A stretch of DNA of 41,435 nucleotides from contig CAWEPK010000018.1 in the NCBI GenBank assembly GCA_963810935.1, positions 1-41,435 on the forward strand, written 5' to 3'. Position 1 is the stretch's first letter. Every line of letters starts with the position of its first letter. Shown piece after piece: positions 10,774-20,709 of this stretch. The notes below the pieces were generated by a model. It was not told the origin of the DNA. It worked only from the letters and a program-made list of their open reading frames with translations, and did not search any database. The DNA comes from an uncultured delta proteobacterium (GTDB taxonomy: Bacteria > Desulfobacterota > Syntrophorhabdia > Syntrophorhabdales > WCHB1-27). The translations under genes and the position numbers were made by a program.

Positions 10774-10928
10774 CTCGGCGCGGCGCTCCGCTTGCTTTAT
10801 TGCCGCTGGGGTCCAGCGGCAAGCAGTACCGGGGTTCAGCACCCCCGCCGGGCAAGGCCTCGACGCTTCGCTCCTTACGTCGGGCGGGTGCCCCGCTCCC
10901 TGCTCGGCGCTTCGCATTCGCTCGCTTT
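10774..10928 (-). repeat. REP/MITE-like repeat copy A, right part
   Basis: TTGCCGCTGGGGTCCAGCGGCAA, CTCCTTACGTCGGGCGGGTGCCCC and GCTCGGCGCTTCGCATTCGCTCGCTTT are shared, as reverse complement, with 12671-12830. Confidence 0.88.
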
Positions 10929-11044
10929 AGGCGGTGCGCTTTTTGAAACATTCACTTGCGCCCGGCTCGGCAGGCGTGCTATACAAGAAAGATGGCGCAA
11001 TGACCGGCGATGCGCGCCGACAAAGGGAAAAAGGAGAAAAGATC

Positions 11045-11572
11045 ATGCCGTCCGGCGTAAAGAAAGAACAAGGGCAAAAGGCAAAGGTCCTTATTCTGGT
11101 GGGAAGCGAGAGCGATATCCCGACCATCAAAGACGGCATCGACTTCCTGAAAGAGATGGGCGTCGGCCACGTCCTGGACATAGTATCGGCCCATCGCCAC
11201 CCGGATAAGGCGGCCGCTCACGCCAAGTCGGCACGCCGCAAGGGTTTTGATGTCATCATAGCTGGCGCGGGGCTCGCTGCAGCACTGCCGGGCGTCATTG
11301 CCGCCCATACTACCCTCCCCGTCATCGGCATCCCCTTCAAGGGAGGCAGCCTCCTGGGGATGGACGCCCTACTCTCCATCGTCCAGATGCCGAAAGGCGT
11401 ACCCGTAGCCACAGTCGGCATCGACGCTGCCCGCAACGCCTGCATCCTCGCCTGCGAGATACTCTCGATAAAGGACGACGGCATGCGCAAAAAGCTCGAG
11501 GCGATGAAGGACGGAATGCGGCGCGATATAGAGCGCAAATCGCGGAAAATAGGCACATTGACAATACGTTGA
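11045..11572 (+). CDS. purE: N5-carboxyaminoimidazole ribonucleotide mutase
   Basis: VGSESD, SAHR, AGAGLAAALPG, SIVQMPKGVPVATV. Start placed at ATG 11045; the ORF track begins at 10934. Confidence 0.95.
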   Translation: MPSGVKKEQGQKAKVLILVGSESDIPTIKDGIDFLKEMGVGHVLDIVSAHRHPDKAAAHAKSARRKGFDVIIAGAGLAAALPGVIAAHTTLPVIGIPFKGGSLLGMDALLSIVQMPKGVPVATVGIDAARNACILACEILSIKDDGMRKKLEAMKDGMRRDIERKSRKIGTLTIR

Positions 11573-11591
11573 GCTTTTGTTAGCTTAACTG

Positions 11592-12590
11592 ATGCTCAAC
11601 GCCATCACAGACATAGACGGAATACGGGTAGGCCATGCCTCGGATTACGAGGGAGTGACGGGCTGCACGGTCATCCTCTTCGACGGCCCGGCCTGCTGTG
11701 GAATAGATATCAGGGGCAGCGCCGCAGGCACGAGGCAGATAGATGCCCTCAATGTCGCCCATATCGTTGACGAAGCCCACGCCGTCATGCTGGCCGGGGG
11801 CAGCGCCTTCGGCTTAGACGCCGCTTCCGGGGTAATGCGCTATCTCGAAGAGCGGCAGACAGGCTACGATGTCGGCGTAGCCAGGGTTCCTGTTGTGCCG
11901 GCCGCAGTCATATTCGACCTCGGCATAGGCGACAGCCGGGCGCGCCCGACACCGCAGATGGCCTACGACGCCTGCATAACAGCAGGCCAGGCAGTGGAGG
12001 AAGGCAGCGTCGGGGCGGGCGTCGGGGCAACCGTAGGAAAGCTCTTCGGCCTTCCGAGGGCCATGAAGGGGGGCGTCGGGACGGCGAGCGTGGTCCTGCC
12101 TGACGGCACTATCGTGGCTGCCCTCGTTGTCGTTAATGCCTTCGGCGACGTAATAGACAACGTAACGGGCAAAATAATCGCGGGCTTGAGGACGGCAGAG
12201 GATGAGCTTGCCATGGCCAACACCGTCACATGCATGAGGGAAGGCCAGGTGCGAAAAGAGTTCGGCCTGTACAATACGACGCTTGCCGTGGTAGCCACGA
12301 ATGTCCAGTTTAATAAGAGAGAGATCGGGAAAGTCGCCCAGATGGCGCAGGGCGGCCTGATCAAGACAGTTACCCCGGTCCATACGACGCTCGATGGGGA
12401 CCTCGTCTTCTCGGTCTCCCTGGGCCGTATGGCAGGGGACGTCAACCGGGTCGGCGTTGTAGGCGAGTTCGTAGTCTCTGAGGCGATCAAGCGGGCGGTA
12501 AGAAAGGCGGACAGCCTCGGAAAGGTGCCCGCTTTCAAGGATTTGCCAAGACAGTCGAAGTCCTGCTCCGTCCGCGTTCCGCGCGAATAA
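11592..12590 (+). CDS. P1 family peptidase (DmpA/L-aminopeptidase-like)
   Basis: ITDIDGIRVGH, GGSAFGLDAA, VGAGVGA, NTTLAVVATN, HTTLDGD. Confidence 0.88.
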   Translation: MLNAITDIDGIRVGHASDYEGVTGCTVILFDGPACCGIDIRGSAAGTRQIDALNVAHIVDEAHAVMLAGGSAFGLDAASGVMRYLEERQTGYDVGVARVPVVPAAVIFDLGIGDSRARPTPQMAYDACITAGQAVEEGSVGAGVGATVGKLFGLPRAMKGGVGTASVVLPDGTIVAALVVVNAFGDVIDNVTGKIIAGLRTAEDELAMANTVTCMREGQVRKEFGLYNTTLAVVATNVQFNKREIGKVAQMAQGGLIKTVTPVHTTLDGDLVFSVSLGRMAGDVNRVGVVGEFVVSEAIKRAVRKADSLGKVPAFKDLPRQSKSCSVRVPRE

Positions 12591-12670
12591 ATCTGAAAGC
12601 GCGAAGCAACAGCCGCCAACGCGGCAGAAGAATAAATGACCCTGCTGCAAGCAGCAGGGTATTCAACATC

Positions 12671-12881
12671 AAAGCGAGCGTATGCGAAGCGCCGAGCAGG
12701 GAGGCCGGGGCACCCGCCCGACGTAAGGAGGGAAGGGTCGCAGCTTTGCCCGGTGAGGGGGCGCTGAGCCCCACTGATTGCCGCTGGACCCCAGCGGCAA
12801 TAAAGCGAGCGGATGCGAAGCGCCGAGCGGGGAGGCTCGCCGGGCTTTGCCCGGTGAGGGGGTGCTGAACCCCAATAATTG
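12671..12881 (+). repeat. REP/MITE-like repeat copy B (two tandem units joined by a hairpin linker)
   Basis: Two AAAGCGAGCG.ATGCGAAGCGCCGAGC...GCTTTGCCCGGTGAGGGGG.GCTGA.CCCCA units; ends CCCAATAATTG. Confidence 0.9.
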
Positions 12882-12894
12882 CAAGGAGCAGGCA

Positions 12895-13646
12895 GTGGAG
12901 ACAACACTCCGGGACGTTGCGCGCATCATCAAGGAGAAGGGAGAGGCCGTTGCCTTCACCGGAGCGGGCATTTCCGTCGAGAGCGGCATCCCGGCCTTCC
13001 GCGGCGGTCAGGGGCTCTGGGAAAAGTACGACCCCATGGAGTACGCCGAAATAGGCGCCTTCATGAGAGACCCGGGGAAGGTCTGGGCGATGCTGCGCGA
13101 GATGGGCGAGGTGATCCTCCGGTCTACGCCGTCGCCCGCGCATATGGCCCTGGGGGCGCTTGAGAAAGCGGGTCTGCTGCGGTCGGTCATCACGCAGAAC
13201 GTAGATGGTCTCCATCAGATTGCAGGCAATACGAACGTCATCGAATACCACGGTAGCCACCGGCGCGTCAGATGCTTAGGGTGCGGGCGCACCGACGACT
13301 TCACCGAGCATCTGATGAAGTTAATGCCCTACCCGGTGTGCGAGCGGTGCCAGGACGCGCTCAAGCCGGACGTCGTCTTCTTCGGCGAGCAGATACCTTC
13401 CTCGGCCATGCTGCGGGCGGGCCATGAGGCGCTCGCCTGCCGCGTGATGATCATAATCGGGACCTCGGGCGTCGTATACCCGGCTGCCGAGATACCCTTC
13501 GCGGCAAAGTCGAACGGTGCGACGGTCGTCGAGATCAACGTCGAGCCGACGCCTTATACCGAAGCCGTCACGGACCATTTCCTGGGGGGAGCGCATCGGC
13601 GATCATGCCGGCCATCCTGGAAGAGCTCGGGATTGCGAGTGCCTGA
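12895..13646 (+). CDS. cobB: NAD-dependent protein deacylase (Sir2/CobB), probable 1-nt indel in the G run near 13585
   Basis: FTGAGISVESGIPAFRG, ITQNVDGLH, CLGC/CERC, KPDVVFFGE, GTSGVVYPAA. One added G gives GGSASAIMPAILEELGIASA* ending at 13646. Confidence 0.9.
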
Positions 13647-13779
13647 GAAACCCGTCGAAGAGAAACTCGGCCTCCAGACAAAAGCACCACTCTTTCTGCA
13701 CTGCGAGGGCTGCGCACGGCACAACTGCCGGGGCGGCCTCGATATCGCAGCAGGGCTTATGGTCCGGGAGGGTCGTTAA

Positions 13780-14850
13780 GTGGACAAGCACATCTACTGC
13801 GTCATCATGGCAGGCGGCAAAGGGGAGCGCTTCTGGCCGGTAAGCACGGACCTCGTCCCGAAGCCCTTCGTCAGCCTGACCGGCAGGCGGACGATGATCC
13901 AGATGACCCTCGACCGCCTGGGCCGCCTCGCGCCGAACGACCGGATATTCGTCATCCTCGGCAAAGAGCACCTGGCAGTAGCCCGCAAGCAGCTTTCCGA
14001 CCTTCCGGAGAGACAATTCATCATCGAGCCGGAGGGGAAGGACACGGCGCCTTGCATCGGCCTCGCAGCCGTTACCTTAAGCCGCCTCGATCCGGACGCG
14101 CTCATGGTCGTCGTCCCGGCTGACCACTATATCCCGGAGCCCGATGCCTTCGCCAAAACAATCGGCATGGCCGCCGATTGCGCGAGGCAGGGAGATTACC
14201 TGGTCACGATAGGCATCAGGCCGACGCGGCCTGAGGTCGGCTACGGCTATATGTTTGCGGAAGGGGCAGCCGGCGCGCTATCCGGGGCCGCCCTGCCGGT
14301 CACCCGCTTCGTCGAGAAACCCGACGAAGCGAAGGCCGCCGAATACCTGGCCGACGGCCGCTATTACTGGAACAGCGGCATCTTCGTCTGGCGCGCGGGG
14401 GTAGTGCTGGAAGGCATCCGCCGCCACATGCCGCAGCTCGCGGAAGGCCTCGCCGCAATACAGCGCAGCCCGGGCTTAAGGAAGGGGCGCGAGGTGACGG
14501 AGCGCTTCAAGTCGTTCGAAAAGATTTCCATCGACTACGGCCTTATGGAAAAGGCAGACAACGTGCTCATGATCAAGGCTGATTTCGCCTGGGACGACGT
14601 GGGTACATGGGGCTCTCTAAGGCGCGTCCTTCCTCTGGACGAAAACGGGAACTGCATAATAGGCAACGCGACCTGCGTCGATGTGAAGGACTGCGTGGTC
14701 TACGGGCATGATGTGCCTGTAGGCGCAGTCGGCGTCGAAGGTCTCATTATAGCGGCCTCACGCAACGGTGTCCTCGTCTGCGACGTGACCCGCGGTCAAG
14801 AGACGAGGCAGATAGCCAGGACGGCCGGCAAGCGAAAAAAGAAACAATAG
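13780..14850 (+). CDS. manC: Mannose-1-phosphate guanylyltransferase
   Basis: IMAGGKGERFWP, EPEGKDTAP, PADH, FVEKP, WNSGIF, SIDYGLME, WDDVGTW; no PMI cupin domain. Confidence 0.92.
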   Translation: MDKHIYCVIMAGGKGERFWPVSTDLVPKPFVSLTGRRTMIQMTLDRLGRLAPNDRIFVILGKEHLAVARKQLSDLPERQFIIEPEGKDTAPCIGLAAVTLSRLDPDALMVVVPADHYIPEPDAFAKTIGMAADCARQGDYLVTIGIRPTRPEVGYGYMFAEGAAGALSGAALPVTRFVEKPDEAKAAEYLADGRYYWNSGIFVWRAGVVLEGIRRHMPQLAEGLAAIQRSPGLRKGREVTERFKSFEKISIDYGLMEKADNVLMIKADFAWDDVGTWGSLRRVLPLDENGNCIIGNATCVDVKDCVVYGHDVPVGAVGVEGLIIAASRNGVLVCDVTRGQETRQIARTAGKRKKKQ

Positions 14851-14887
14851 GAGCTCATAAATACCGTGCTGCAAGCAGCAGCTTATC

Positions 14888-15076
14888 AAAGCAAGCGTGC
14901 GCGCAGCGCTGAGCGGGGTGGCTCCGCGGGCTTTGCCGGTGAGACGGTGCTTAAGCCCGATTACTGCCAGAGCGAGTGCCGAGCGCGGCAGTAATAAAGC
15001 GAGCGAATGCGAAGCGCCGAGCGGGGTGGCTCCATCCGGCTTCGCCGGTGGAGGGGGCGCTGAGCCCCAATAATTG
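14888..15076 (+). repeat. REP/MITE-like repeat copy C
   Basis: Same two-unit layout; second unit AAAGCGAGCGAATGCGAAGCGCCGAGCGGGG...GAGGGGGCGCTGAGCCCCAATAATTG. Confidence 0.85.
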
Positions 15077-15085
15077 AGGGGTGGC

Positions 15086-16621
15086 ATGGTCGCAAAAGTT
15101 TTCACGTCGAGTCTCTACGGCATAGACGGCATCATGGTGGAGGTGGAGGTCGATATATCGCACGGCCTGCCTTCTTTCAGCATCGTCGGCCTGCCGGAGC
15201 TTTCCGTGAAGGAGAGCCGCGAGCGCGTCAGGGCCGCGATCAAGAACGCGGGCTTCGAGTTCCCCAATGACAGGATCACTATCAACCTCGCACCGGCGGA
15301 CGTGCGCAAAGAGGGTGCTTCCCTGGACCTTCCCGTCGCTATCGGGCTTCTCGTCGCAATGGGTGTCGTCCGGCAGGAGTCGCTGGAGGGCCACCTGATC
15401 ACCGGCGAGCTGTCGCTCGACGGAAGGATCAAGGGGACGAGGGGCGTGCTGCCGATGGCGGTGCTCGCAGCCAAAGAAGGCTTCAGGCGCGTAGTCGTGC
15501 CCGCTGAAAACGGGCGCGAGGCGGCAGTAGTCAGGGGTCTGGACGTCTACGGCGCAACCCACCTGCTCGATATAGTGCACTACCTCCTGGGAGACGGTAC
15601 GCTCCAGCGCTTCCAGCCAAGCGAAGCAGAGGAAGGCCCGATGCCCGGCAGGGACGACGGCATCGATTTCTCCGACATCAGGGGGCAGGCACAGGCGAAG
15701 CGGGCCATCGAGATAGCGGCCGCGGGAGGCCACAACCTGCTTATGGTAGGCCCTCCCGGCTCGGGCAAGACAATGGTCGCCCGCAGGATACCGACCATAT
15801 TGCCTCCCCTGTCATACCGGGAAGCCATCGAGACGACGAAGATACACAGCACAGCGGGCCTTTTGAGCGAAGAGAGGTATCTCGTCACCGAAAGGCCGTT
15901 CCGTGCGCCGCATCACTCTATCTCGGACGCGGGGCTGATCGGCGGCGGGTCGTGGCCCCGCCCCGGCGAGATAAGCCTGGCGCATAACGGCGTGCTCTTC
16001 CTGGACGAGTTTCCGGAGTTCAAGAGGAACATCCTGGACTCCCTGCGCCAGCCGCTGGAGAGCGGCAGCGTGGTCATCTCGCGCGTAGCCCAGGCAATCA
16101 CCTTCCCGGCCAGCTTCATGCTGATAGCTGCGATGAACCCCTGCCCCTGCGGCTACTATGGGGACCCGCGAAGGCCGTGCGTCTGCTCCGGCGGCCAGAT
16201 ACACCGGTACAGGTCGAGGGTATCGGGGCCCCTCCTCGACAGGATCGACTTGCAGATCGCGGTGCCTCCGGTGACGATAAGGGAGTTGTCCATGGAGACG
16301 GAGGAAGAGTCTTCACAGGCGATCAGGAAAAGGGTAATCGCAGCCAGGCAAATGCAGACGGAGAGGTTCGGGGGCAGGCAGGTCCACGCGAATGGGCAGA
16401 TGACGACGCGCATGGTGAAAAAGTATTGTGGGGTCAACGCCTACGCGAAGGCGCTGCTCGAGCAGGCCGTAGAGAAATTCTCCCTTTCGGCACGGGCGTA
16501 CCACAGGATACTTAAGGTCGCCAGGACGATAGCCGACCTCGACGGAAAGGCGGATATGGACGAAGCCCACGTGGCGGAGGCCGTCCAGTACCGCGTCCTC
16601 GACAAGAAAATGGCCTTCTAG
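15086..16621 (+). CDS. comM: YifB/ComM family Mg-chelatase-like AAA+ ATPase
   Basis: ESRERVRAA, INLAPAD, GPPGSGKT, FRAPHH, GEISLAHNGVLFLDE, NPCPCG, LDRID. Confidence 0.93.
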   Translation: MVAKVFTSSLYGIDGIMVEVEVDISHGLPSFSIVGLPELSVKESRERVRAAIKNAGFEFPNDRITINLAPADVRKEGASLDLPVAIGLLVAMGVVRQESLEGHLITGELSLDGRIKGTRGVLPMAVLAAKEGFRRVVVPAENGREAAVVRGLDVYGATHLLDIVHYLLGDGTLQRFQPSEAEEGPMPGRDDGIDFSDIRGQAQAKRAIEIAAAGGHNLLMVGPPGSGKTMVARRIPTILPPLSYREAIETTKIHSTAGLLSEERYLVTERPFRAPHHSISDAGLIGGGSWPRPGEISLAHNGVLFLDEFPEFKRNILDSLRQPLESGSVVISRVAQAITFPASFMLIAAMNPCPCGYYGDPRRPCVCSGGQIHRYRSRVSGPLLDRIDLQIAVPPVTIRELSMETEEESSQAIRKRVIAARQMQTERFGGRQVHANGQMTTRMVKKYCGVNAYAKALLEQAVEKFSLSARAYHRILKVARTIADLDGKADMDEAHVAEAVQYRVLDKKMAF

Positions 16622-16812
16622 CCCTTGGCCCCGTCTGCGACGAGCATGCCGCCTACCGAGAAATCGGTCTTCTTCATATCCTCGAAGATAATGCGCACGT
16701 GGTCTACCGGGCAGTCCAAGGTCCGGACGATGGCGTCCGTCATCTCCTTGGCGCACTGCCGCTTCTGATCGATCGTCCTTCCCTCGAATAAATGTACCTG
16801 AATAATCGGCAT
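16618..16812 (-). CDS. 4-oxalocrotonate tautomerase family protein
   Basis: Catalytic Pro after the initiator Met, GRT..QK, C-terminal FSVGG; 64 aa. Confidence 0.9.
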   Translation of the reverse strand: MPIIQVHLFEGRTIDQKRQCAKEMTDAIVRTLDCPVDHVRIIFEDMKKTDFSVGGMLVADGAKG

Positions 16813-16941
16813 AAGCCCCTCCGTTATAGCGATCTCTTTCGGCCATTATAACACAAAGGCGAAGGCCCTTGTCTCAAAACGCCTCTTTCCCGGTTTGAAT
16901 TGCTTCTACCGCCTGTAGTAGACTTTCACCGGGTAAACATC

Positions 16942-18594
16942 ATGAACAACTTAGAGCGCAGCGCAATTGTTAAAGGGTCCCTCCGTCTTCTCGCCGCAGT
17001 CTTAATGATCGCGTCCTTTGCCTTCACCGCAAATGCAGCCGGCCACCCGGCATCAAAGATCGTACCCTTGATCGGGGCCGGTGCGCCCGCCGGCGCACAG
17101 CCAGCGCCCCAGGCGGCGGATGACCCGCTGGGCCGGAGCACTCCGTACGGAACCGTTATGGGCTTCGTCAGCGCTATGGAGAAGGAGGATTACGAGCGGG
17201 CCGTAGAATACATGGACACGAAGCAGCCCATCAAGCGCGCGGAGCAGCTTGCCATCGAGCTACACTCCGTCATCGACAGGGGCTTTCACGGCAACCTGGA
17301 AAAGGTCTCGCACAACCCTGAGGGGGACCCTGCGGACGGCCTTCCCTCAAACTTCGACAACGTAGGCATCGTCAGGACTCAGGCGATGTCGGCGGACATA
17401 CAGCTCGAGCGCGTACAGCGCGAAGACGAGCCGCCGGTCTGGCTCTTTTCCGCCGACACGCTGAAGCGCGTCCCCATTATCTACGAGCACCTGGACGCGC
17501 CCGTCATCGACCGGTACTTGCCCGCAGTTCTGACTCAGACGCGCTTATTCCATGTTCCATTATGGCGCTGGCTCGGCTTTTTCGTGCTCCTGCCCCTCTT
17601 TTTCGTGCTGGCCCGTCTCGTCAGCCTCGCCCTCATCCCTCTCGTTCAGCCGCTGATACGCCGCCTGGCCCACAGGGACGAGGTACAGCCGGCGGACCGG
17701 TTGAAGACGCCGCTCAACATGTTCGTCCTTGCCCTTGCCTTCTACGCCTATGCCCCACTGTCGCACTCGGCAATGAGCCGCATGTTCTGGAACCGTATGG
17801 GCGCGTCATTGACTGCAATAAGCCTCGCCTGGCTGTTCCTGCGGCTTGTCGATATCCTTGTGGAAAGGATGGCGAGGGTCTATCACATGACGGAGTCCTC
17901 GGGCAGAATCGCAATTGCGCGCCTAGGAGGCCAGGTCTGCAAAGGCATAGCGATCGTGGCGGCTGCCGCGACCACGCTCTACTATGCGGGGATAAACCTG
18001 ACGACAGTGCTGACGGGCCTGGGCGTCGGAGGCGTGGCCATCGCATTCGCTGCTCAAAAGACGCTTGAGAACCTGTTCGGCGGCTTTATGATCGCCTCGG
18101 ACCAGCCTATTCGCGTAGGCGATTACTGCCGGGCAGGCGACCACAGCGGCGTCGTAGAGAGCATAGGGCTGCGCTCAACGCGCATCAGGACCATAGACAG
18201 GACGGTTGTCTCCGTGCCAAACGGGCAGCTTTCAACTATGAGCCTCGAAAACTTCGCCATGCGCGACAAGATACGCTTCCAGCAGACGCTGAGTCTCCAG
18301 CCTGATACTGAGGGCAGGCAGTTGAGGCAGGTGGTCTCGGGCATTGCCGGCCTCTTGCGGAAAAACGGGCAGGTGGAGGTGGATACCTGCCGCGTCCGTC
18401 TGGTCTCGCTCAAGAACTCGGGCTTCGAAATCGAGGTCTTCACTTACATCCTGGCGACGTCCTGGGACGTCTTCCTCGCAAGCCAGGAAGAGCTTCTCCT
18501 GGGCATGATCGACATAGTCGAGGCGAGCGGGGCTGCCTTTGCATCGAACCGGCCGACAATTGTCAACACGGTCGCCGGCAAAACCGGCGGCTGA
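16942..18594 (+). CDS. MscS family mechanosensitive channel with periplasmic N-terminal domain
   Basis: DPLGRSTP, TM helices, GLGVGGVAIAFAAQKTLEN, PIRVGD, GLRSTRIRT, VPN. Start uncertain (16900 or 16942). Confidence 0.9.
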   Translation: MNNLERSAIVKGSLRLLAAVLMIASFAFTANAAGHPASKIVPLIGAGAPAGAQPAPQAADDPLGRSTPYGTVMGFVSAMEKEDYERAVEYMDTKQPIKRAEQLAIELHSVIDRGFHGNLEKVSHNPEGDPADGLPSNFDNVGIVRTQAMSADIQLERVQREDEPPVWLFSADTLKRVPIIYEHLDAPVIDRYLPAVLTQTRLFHVPLWRWLGFFVLLPLFFVLARLVSLALIPLVQPLIRRLAHRDEVQPADRLKTPLNMFVLALAFYAYAPLSHSAMSRMFWNRMGASLTAISLAWLFLRLVDILVERMARVYHMTESSGRIAIARLGGQVCKGIAIVAAAATTLYYAGINLTTVLTGLGVGGVAIAFAAQKTLENLFGGFMIASDQPIRVGDYCRAGDHSGVVESIGLRSTRIRTIDRTVVSVPNGQLSTMSLENFAMRDKIRFQQTLSLQPDTEGRQLRQVVSGIAGLLRKNGQVEVDTCRVRLVSLKNSGFEIEVFTYILATSWDVFLASQEELLLGMIDIVEASGAAFASNRPTIVNTVAGKTGG

Positions 18595-18628
18595 TAGCCA
18601 TATTCATTTCCGGATAAACCGACCGCAT

Positions 18629-20686
18629 CTACATATTCGGACCGCCGCCGGCCGCCAAAGGCTGGGTCGCAACTCCACCGCGTCCCGGCTGTGCAGGCCG
18701 GCCGTCCTGGCTGCGGGGAGCGAAGAGAAGCGGTTTCGGCTGGAGAGCCGGACCGGCAGCGGGCTTCTGAGGCGCCGGCACATGCTGTTCCTCGTTGGGC
18801 GCTCCCGGCGCAACGGGGTTGCCTTCGGCGCCGGGCGGATAGATGTAGCGTTCTACAGGCGGTTCGGGGACCGCGAAATCCTGGTTCGGATAGAGCGGGA
18901 GGGCCTTCGCCATGAACTCCATCCAGATGGGCAGCGCAGTCGTGCCGCCTGACTCTTTCTTTCCAAGGAATGTTCCTTTGTCGTAACCGACCCAGACAAG
19001 GCAGAGCAGCTCGGGGGAAAAGCCGACGAACCAGGCGTCCCTGAAGTCGTTCGTCGTACCCGTCTTCCCGGCCAGGAAGTAAGGCATGGACGCCGCCCGC
19101 CGCGCCGTCCCCCGCTTTACTACGCCCTTCATCATATCTACCAGGGTATAGGCGGTCTCCGCGGGGATAACGCGCTCCTCTTTCGCCTCACGGCGTATCT
19201 CCTCGCCCTGCGCTGTCACGACGTTGTTGATCGTCGTGGGGGGCAGGTAGACGCCTCCCCTCGCTATGGCAGCGTAGGCAGCGGCGAGGTCGAGCGGGCT
19301 GACCTCGGCGGAGCCCAGCGCCAGCGACAGATTGGGTGAAAAATTGGAGCCCATGTGGAGAGATTTTGCCATGGCGATGACCTTCGATACGCCTACCCTC
19401 TCAAGCAGCCTGACCGTCGCCGTATTAAGGGAAAGCTCCAGCGCCTTGCGCATGGTCACGGCCCCGTGATATTCGTTCTGGTAATTGTGCGGCTGCCACA
19501 CCTGCCCGGCTCCGTCTCTGAAAGAGATCGGTGCGTCCAGAAGGGGAGTTTCCGGCTTGAGCCCCTCCGTCAGCGCCGTCAGGTAGATTATGGGCTTGAA
19601 GGAGGACCCCGGCTGCCTCTTCGCCTGCGTCGCCCTGTTGTACGGCGACGTAGCGAAGTCCCTGCCGCCGATCAGGACCTTGATCTCGCCCGTTTTAACC
19701 TCCATTGCGATGAGGGCTACTTCCGGGAGGGTCTCGTTTTTCGGGTTCCGTTCTTTGTAGAGCTTCAGCCCCTTGTCAATAGCCGCATAGCCCGCCTCTG
19801 TCAGCCTGAGGTCTATCGTAGTCCGCACGTTGAGCCCGTTGGTATAGATGTCTTCCCTGTCGGGCAGGTATTCTTCGAGCGCCTGCTTGGCATGCTCGGT
19901 GAAGAACCCCGTCTTTTTCTCCGGGGGCTTCTGCTCCGCGAGCACCATGGGCGCACCCACGGCCGCCTTATATTGGGCCGCGCTGATGAAGCCCGCCTCC
20001 CACATCTTCCGAAGCACCAGGTTTCGCCGTTCAAGCGTCTTCTCACGGTTCTTGAAGGGGGAAGAGCGGGAAGGCGATTTGGTCAGGCCTGCAATGGTGG
20101 CCGCCTCCTGTACGTTGATGTCGCGCGCTTTCTTATCAAAATAGGTGTGACTCGCCGCCTCGACCCCGTATGAGCCCTCGCCCAGGTAGATGAGGTTGAG
20201 ATACATGTTGAGTATCTCGTCCTTCGTGTAATTCCGCTCTATATTGACCGCCAGGATGATCTCTTCGATCTTACGCTTCATGCTTTTCTTCGGGGACAAA
20301 AAAAGGTTGCGGGCAAGCTGCTGGGTGATCGTCGATGCCCCCTCGCTCAGGCCCTTCCTCACGAGGTTCTTGTAAGCCGCCCGGAAGATGCCGCGGAGGT
20401 CAAAGCCGGAATGCTCGTAAAACCGCACGTCTTCGATAGCGACGAACGCCTTTCTGAGGTGGTCCGGCATCTCCTTGAGCGGTATGGGTATCCTTTTTTC
20501 GACGAACAACTCCGCAAAGAGGGTGCCGTCGTCCGCGAAAAGCCTCGTGGCCGCCCTGGGGCCGTAATGGGACAGCTCCTTTACGTGGGGCACTTCAAGG
20601 TAATTGAGCAGGCTATAACCGAGGGCTACGCCCAAAAAGGCCGGCAGGCAGAATATAATTACGGCAAGTTTGATAATTCTTGACAT
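18629..20686 (-). CDS. Class A penicillin-binding protein (PBP1A family)
   Basis: EDVRFYEH, GASTITQQ, RQPGSSFKP, SLN and KTGT motifs; N-terminal TM anchor. Confidence 0.94.
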   Translation of the reverse strand: MSRIIKLAVIIFCLPAFLGVALGYSLLNYLEVPHVKELSHYGPRAATRLFADDGTLFAELFVEKRIPIPLKEMPDHLRKAFVAIEDVRFYEHSGFDLRGIFRAAYKNLVRKGLSEGASTITQQLARNLFLSPKKSMKRKIEEIILAVNIERNYTKDEILNMYLNLIYLGEGSYGVEAASHTYFDKKARDINVQEAATIAGLTKSPSRSSPFKNREKTLERRNLVLRKMWEAGFISAAQYKAAVGAPMVLAEQKPPEKKTGFFTEHAKQALEEYLPDREDIYTNGLNVRTTIDLRLTEAGYAAIDKGLKLYKERNPKNETLPEVALIAMEVKTGEIKVLIGGRDFATSPYNRATQAKRQPGSSFKPIIYLTALTEGLKPETPLLDAPISFRDGAGQVWQPHNYQNEYHGAVTMRKALELSLNTATVRLLERVGVSKVIAMAKSLHMGSNFSPNLSLALGSAEVSPLDLAAAYAAIARGGVYLPPTTINNVVTAQGEEIRREAKEERVIPAETAYTLVDMMKGVVKRGTARRAASMPYFLAGKTGTTNDFRDAWFVGFSPELLCLVWVGYDKGTFLGKKESGGTTALPIWMEFMAKALPLYPNQDFAVPEPPVERYIYPPGAEGNPVAPGAPNEEQHVPAPQKPAAGPALQPKPLLFAPRSQDGRPAQPGRGGVATQPLAAGGGPNM

Positions 20687-20709
20687 GCAAAAGCTAATTA
20701 TATACCACT

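Noticed and set aside
12778..13779. 333-aa sirtuin with N- and C-terminal extensions
   Set aside because: The N-extension is repeat sequence and the C-extension comes from a homopolymer frameshift.
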